Shown: piece by piece, positions 26,801 to 30,609 of the stretch | Layout of the letters: every line of letters starts with the position of its first letter | How positions within the stretch are numbered: the first letter of the stretch is position 1 | Origin: a candidate division WOR-3 bacterium | GTDB taxonomy: Bacteria; Hydrothermota; Tepidihabitantia; Tepidihabitantales; JAOUPE01 | NCBI GenBank assembly: GCA_039801565.1 | Contig: JBDRUX010000018.1 | Location: forward strand, 1 to 30,609 | Direction of reading: 5' to 3' | Length of the DNA stretch: 30,609 bases | Made by a program: the position numbers and the translations under genes | Notes under the pieces: generated by a model | Told to the model about the DNA's origin: nothing | The model's database searches: none | The model's input: the letters and a program-made list of their open reading frames with translations, nothing else

Positions 26801-29061
26801 CCGCTAATATTCCAGTGCAACTACGGATTGGTAATAATTACTCAGAAGAAGGAAGTATAATTCTTAATCCCAACGAGACTGATACAATCTCCTTTCCGAC
26901 TTGGACTGCAGCACCGGTTGGTTATCAAATTGTTAAATGCACGACCGGATTAGTTGGCGACCAAAATCCGACCAATGATACCTTAACCGATTCGGTTTTG
27001 GTTCGCTTGCGAATTGATGCAGGTGTGGTGACTATTATTGCGCCAACTGGTATTGTGGATTCAGGCACGGCAGTTATCCCAAAGGCAATTATCAGCAATT
27101 ACGGTGCGAATTCGGCTGAAATTCCCGTAGTCTTTACGATCGGCAATCAATATGTTGACACAAATTATATTATGCTTGAACCAGGCGCGATTGATACGAT
27201 AAGTTTTCGAATCTGGCAGGCACTGAATAGGGGAGAGGCACCGGTAAAATGCAGCACCGCCTTAGCTGGCGACCAGAATCCAACTAATGATGTTCAATTC
27301 ACTTCGGTATTAGTGCGGGTAAAAGATGTTGGTACAGTTGCCATCCTAAGTCCAATCGGCAATATTGGTGAAGGCAGAGTGATACCAAGAGCCATTGTCA
27401 AAAATTATGGAACAAACTTAGAAAGTTTTGCTGTCATTTTTAAGATTGGACAAGTCTATACCGATACAATCTTTATTAACCTGGAACCGGATTCAACAAA
27501 AACGATAGACTTTGCTGAGTGGCAGGCACGGATTGGTAGATATGTAGTGAGTTGTTCAACCAATCTTTTAGCCGATGTTGATAATTCAAATGACCAAAAG
27601 ATTGACAGTGTTGCGGTTTGGCGCCGCAGTGTGGCAGTTGGTCCTGACAGTTCAGCTTCCATCTATTCCGGAACCAGTATCAATTATATTCTTTATGCTA
27701 CCAATTTAGGCAATGCCTTAGATACGATTGATATACTATCAGTTGGTGTCTTAGGTAATTGGCGGATTGACTTGCTTGACATTACTGGGACGAATCCATT
27801 ACCAGATTTGAATAATAATGGTATTCCGGATGTTGGGGGACTTGCGCCCAATCAAAGTCAAGGATTCATCGTAAGAATAACTTCACCGCTTAACGAGTTG
27901 GGTAATACTATTGACACAGTAACAATCATTGCTCGTTCCGCAGCCGACAGTTCGGTTTCTGACAATGCGACACTTTTAACCCGAATCATTCCAGTCTATA
28001 GTGTCTTGATTGAACCTAATTCGGAAAATCAAGTTGAACCAAATCAGTCAATCGAATATGAACTTATTATTAAGAATTTGGGCAATGTTAACGATGTCTT
28101 CGATTTGAGTATGATTCATACCAAACCTTATTGGCAGTTTGCTTTGCTTGACCGTTATGGGATGAATTTGCCTGACCGGAATCTTAACGGCAAGCCAGAT
28201 ATCGGACCGATGCCAGCTTTTGGTGGTGAGGCAAGAATAAGATTGCGCATAACACCAGACTCTACTGCCCAAGTTGGTGAAAAGGATACCACAACGGTCT
28301 TTGCTGAATCCTGGGCTGACCCTCTCGTTTACGACAGTGCTTATGCGCTAACTACTGTATTGGGGGTAATCACCAGTCTTGATGTCGAATGGGACCAGGA
28401 TGACCGGATCTTTGCTGGTGAGACAAAGTCTTACCAGTTTTGGGCAAAAACTGCTGGTAATATTAACGAAGTGATAAATTTGAATATTGGCAATCGTCAA
28501 CCCGATTGGATTGTTGAATTCTTTGACGAGAATGGCGAAAGATTATTAACCGATTCGGATAACGATGGACTACCGGATTTAGGAATTGTCCGACCCGGTG
28601 AACAAAAATGGTTTGTGGTAAAGGTTAAAGCACCCGGTCGAATTAGCCTGATTGGAATTCCTGATTCCTTCTATAATATCCTGCTTTCCGTGCAAGGGCA
28701 GATTCAATCGCAATATAATAATATCAAAGATAGCGCCTTCTTGAGATTAAGAACAATTCCCAATCTCGACATCCACAATTACGAAAATCCATTTTGGGAT
28801 AAGACGATTTTTATCTTTAGTCTCCCGACCGAAGGCAATGTCGTTTTAACGGTCTATAACCGACTGGGTGAAAAGGTGAAGACTGTGATTAACAATCAAA
28901 AATATCGAGAAGGAGTTCATATGATTCAATGGAATGGCGACAATGATGCTGGTAAAAAATTGGCGCCTGGCACCTACCTTTACCTTTTAGAGTATACTGA
29001 CAAAGATGACCGAATCCAAAGGATTTATAAGAAGACGGTCATCGCGAAAAGGATTCAATAA
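23815..29061 (+). CDS. Large secreted adhesin-like protein: FG-GAP/VCBS propeller, 7 CARDB-like repeats, 3 Ig-like modules, FlgD-Ig/CTD
   Basis: Repeated D(L/F)NxDG(W)LDI; 7 copies of D..V..I.AP.G.VDSG...C.T.L..D.NP.ND; 3 copies of L(P/T)DxxxxGxPD; NPF...WNG...PGTY tail. Confidence 0.85.
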   Translation: MKTILGLLLVTYLYGQKFELYNSLINSIHGTTDQIVWNESRWQDFIDGELDPSLYVSRRAQLEPDSGCIEFFARFDVDNNGFYDLACADDSGPAPRYLRLYKGYPFGYRPESLLVYPIPSAGNIDLADLNLDGWAELIHSGWSTGYATIYWGTPNGPSATNTTTLPYQGYSEAVSVYDLDRDTYLDIIIGSSNGRIYIYWGSSSGYSQANRTEVNVQYSAGHNIEIADFDKDGWGDITVALWTHNQNPVIYWGPNRQPREIVWLPFFFNNAHGVTVADFNRDGWLDIVYQGYDQVQTSYIYFGSPAGFSTTNRTQINPGKCYGGSVAVDWNYDGWLDIVYLRGNWYGGGTWKPIVYLNTRSSPYFANSNSYELGNWNYNASGGFVADFNFDGNLDIFINNMLLDSSYILWGPNYTERTGLPVSYDHHGVWREPGNIYDRTFSAYYYSSVFSVGPDSLIGSGVISWVAYEPPETEVHIALRAGDTPIPDSTWTNFYFATNGDFLPAQVTGYRYLQYRATLEYWRPCYLPHLEKITITVNPVIAYDVGVTQITAPVGVVDSGAIITPTAVVQNFGNRPANFPVIFKIGTNYLATRYKYLNIGQSDTVMFSTWIASPIGTHQVKCSTALVGDHNPQNDFRIDSVRVQGSLLDVAVTDIWAPIGTVDSGSVITPVAVVRNYSGRAVNFPVTFRIGSNYSRTRSKQLAVNQSDTVGFQPWLAEPVGTYLVKCTTGLVGDINPANDFRIDSVTVVAPAYDVEVTQILAPTGIVDSGAVIIPVARVRNHSYSILTFPVLFTIGNDYSQRRNKTLNPLGTDTVGFPAWTAIHYGTHLVKCSTELVGDVNPGNDRKIDSVTVTRPEYTDAAAIAILAPTGYVDSGAVITPIAQIANYSTSAKTIPVIFKIGSDYSEIRTKLLGAGITDTVHFPNWFAQRLGTWTVKCSTALLGDENPANDLVIDSVTVRIRIDAGVREIIAPRGVVDSGAVIIPKALITNYSTRTANIPVQLRIGNNYSEEGSIILNPNETDTISFPTWTAAPVGYQIVKCTTGLVGDQNPTNDTLTDSVLVRLRIDAGVVTIIAPTGIVDSGTAVIPKAIISNYGANSAEIPVVFTIGNQYVDTNYIMLEPGAIDTISFRIWQALNRGEAPVKCSTALAGDQNPTNDVQFTSVLVRVKDVGTVAILSPIGNIGEGRVIPRAIVKNYGTNLESFAVIFKIGQVYTDTIFINLEPDSTKTIDFAEWQARIGRYVVSCSTNLLADVDNSNDQKIDSVAVWRRSVAVGPDSSASIYSGTSINYILYATNLGNALDTIDILSVGVLGNWRIDLLDITGTNPLPDLNNNGIPDVGGLAPNQSQGFIVRITSPLNELGNTIDTVTIIARSAADSSVSDNATLLTRIIPVYSVLIEPNSENQVEPNQSIEYELIIKNLGNVNDVFDLSMIHTKPYWQFALLDRYGMNLPDRNLNGKPDIGPMPAFGGEARIRLRITPDSTAQVGEKDTTTVFAESWADPLVYDSAYALTTVLGVITSLDVEWDQDDRIFAGETKSYQFWAKTAGNINEVINLNIGNRQPDWIVEFFDENGERLLTDSDNDGLPDLGIVRPGEQKWFVVKVKAPGRISLIGIPDSFYNILLSVQGQIQSQYNNIKDSAFLRLRTIPNLDIHNYENPFWDKTIFIFSLPTEGNVVLTVYNRLGEKVKTVINNQKYREGVHMIQWNGDNDAGKKLAPGTYLYLLEYTDKDDRIQRIYKKTVIAKRIQ
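25438..27620 (+). repeat. Seven tandem ~105-aa CARDB-like coding repeats
   Basis: Repeat starts AYDVGV, LLDVAV, AYDVEV, YTDAAA, RIDAGV, RIDAGV, VKDVGT. Confidence 0.9.
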
Positions 29062-29079
29062 TTCGAAAAAACCTCTTTC

Positions 29080-29107
29080 TTGACAAATTGCAACTAAACG
29101 GTATAAT
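29080..29107 (+). promoter_or_regulatory. Leaderless-type promoter
   Basis: TTGACA-N16-TATAAT-N5-ATG. Confidence 0.85.
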
Positions 29108-29112
29108 TCCTT

Positions 29113-29514
29113 ATGCCTGAAGAGAAATTGGAATTAAAAGAAAATTTGCCAGCCAATCGAGTATCGGCTGCGATTGGTTATCTCCCTTTCCTATTCTTCA
29201 TTCCGATTTTTGCCAATCGTGATGATGATTTTGCTCAGTTTCACGGTAAACAGAGTTTAGTCCTTTTTTGCGCCTTTATTATTCTGTGGATTGCACTCTG
29301 GTTTTTAAATCTTATCTTTTCTGGTATTCTTGGCCATATCTTCATCATTGGATTCTTATTCAAAGGGATTGCCTGGCTAATTCGTAATGTGATTGGCTCG
29401 ATTGCCTCAATTGGTTATTTAGTCTTAATTATTATGGGTATCATTAATGCCAGTTCGGGCAAGTCTTGGCGGATTCCAATCATCGGGGCTTATTCCGAAA
29501 GACTGAAAATCTAA
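29113..29514 (+). CDS. DUF4870/Tic20-like membrane protein
   Basis: AAIGYL, FAQFHGKQSLVLF and GIINA..G...RIPIIG. Confidence 0.8.
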   Translation: MPEEKLELKENLPANRVSAAIGYLPFLFFIPIFANRDDDFAQFHGKQSLVLFCAFIILWIALWFLNLIFSGILGHIFIIGFLFKGIAWLIRNVIGSIASIGYLVLIIMGIINASSGKSWRIPIIGAYSERLKI

Positions 29515-29597
29515 GAAATTTCTTTTATTTTCCCTTAAGCAAACCAATCATAAGAGAATCTTTCCTCTGTTTTCATTTTAAATCAAGGAATAAAACG

Positions 29598-29688
29598 AAA
29601 CCACACAAGTTCACAGAAACACACGCAGTGAGGTTCTTTCCTTTTTGTTCTTCTTTTTTCTGTGTTTATCTGTGTTCATCTGTGGTTT
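29598..29688. repeat. Imperfect inverted array of 10-bp units of the type that flanks GxxExxY genes
   Basis: TCTGTGTTTA TCTGTGTTCA TCTGTGGTTT (29659-29688) opposed by degenerate AAACCACACAAGTTCACAGAAACACAC. Confidence 0.65.
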
Positions 29689-29776
29689 ATATTCTTCGTT
29701 CTTTTGTTCATTTCGCTTCGCTCAATGGACGCTTCGCGTTGCTCTCGTGGTTTCTCTTATCTGTTTCCCCAACAGG

Positions 29777-30608
29777 TCAAACTTCGCCCCTTAGTCGCAT
29801 TATCGCAAAGACCGCAATTATTTTCTCTTTTAACTTTAATAAGACTTCTTCCTTTAAACCTTCTTTCTTCCATTGTTCAACAATCTCCGAAAGATTTTTA
29901 TTAAGCAAGTCCTGGTTTTTACCATAATGTTTCTTCAACACCTTAAGCGATTGCCGGACAAAAGCCTTATAAGACGCAAACCAAGGTGGTGGAACTCCCA
30001 ATTCACAAAGTAACTTATGGGCTTCGGCTTCAAGCTTTTCAATTGCGATTCGATACTTGGTAAAGCCAATTGCCATTCTTTCTTGTTTTTCAGTTGGCAA
30101 TGGTTTTTTAGATTCTAATCTTTTAATCTCACCCCGCAATACTGAATTGATTATTTTCTTAATCTTAAAAAGCAACTGAAATTGTAAGCCGGCTTTTTGA
30201 TATTTCCCGGTAACCATTTTCATACCTGGCTTATTCAGTTCGGCTAAAAAATCAAAATACTCCAAGGCAAATTTCTCGTAGGAATTAATTTCGTTATCGG
30301 CAATTTGATTTTTAGTTAATAAGACCGATACCTTATCTTTAATCTGTTTCTTTAGCCTTGTAAAATCAATCTCTTCTTTCTCTTTCGATGCCAACTTCGT
30401 AACGCATCGCATCCCGTTCAATCTTTCTTTTTGTTGGTCGAATTGACCCTTCTCGAGTTGTGAGACCCGATTCGGGCGGTGTTAGCAATTGTACCATCAT
30501 CTTTTCGTGTCGTTGCTTAAAATCAAGTGCATCTAATTCTTTGAAAAATTCGACCCAGGAAGCACCACAAGCTCGAAGATAAAGAAGAATTACCCCTAAG
30601 GCTGGATT
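29777..30608 (-). pseudogene. Frameshifted gene running off the window end: XRE-like HTH C-terminus plus two tandem helical domains resembling rudivirus capsid protein
   Basis: Frame 30608-30366 reads NPALGVILLYLRACGASWVEFF...IERDAMRYEVGIE and overlaps the ORF 29777-30421 frame, which has two LL...(I/V)......Y..F...(Y/W)...GL....L.K repeats. Confidence 0.6.
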
Positions 30609-30609
30609 C

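Noticed and set aside
25438..27620. CARDB repeats as DGR variable/template regions
   Set aside because: The differences involve all bases and look like ordinary divergence of in-frame domains.
314..28272. Short overlapping or antisense ORFs in the track (e.g. 5794, 8650, 12671, 15047, 20100, 23948)
   Set aside because: They are shadows of well-supported genes and have no motifs or translation signals.
29466..29927. ORFs 29466-29927 and 29662-29904
   Set aside because: They are translations of the repeat array and antisense to a real gene.

Overview
This is an AT-rich bacterial chromosomal window. The gene set and the many CTD-tagged secreted proteins suggest an FCB-superphylum organism, possibly candidate division WOR-3 (inference only). 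Housekeeping genes are ndk, gdhA, nadC, asd, mscL, fabG, pdp, queF, purQ, lptF/lptG, a bactofilin and a 2Fe-2S/FAD oxidoreductase pair. They are interleaved with secreted proteins: a C25 gingipain-like protease, an M6 metalloprotease, a 1748-aa repeat adhesin, a 392-aa CTD protein and a frameshifted C25 remnant. I saw no rRNA, tRNA, CRISPR array, transposase or integrase. Main observations: (1) at the right edge, a frameshifted gene joins an XRE-like HTH to two tandem domains resembling the rudivirus (SIRV2-type) DNA-wrapping capsid protein. (2) A lipoprotein gene is bracketed by a perfect 16-bp inverted repeat that separates it from its promoter. (3) A 19-nt intergenic sequence equals the circular junction of the flanks of another gene 10 kb away. 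(4) A stand-alone sigma-4.2-like HTH/zinc-finger gene sits behind a palindrome of two -35-like boxes. (5) Promoters mostly have 16-bp spacers, many genes look leaderless, and two genes seem to need ATT/ATA starts.
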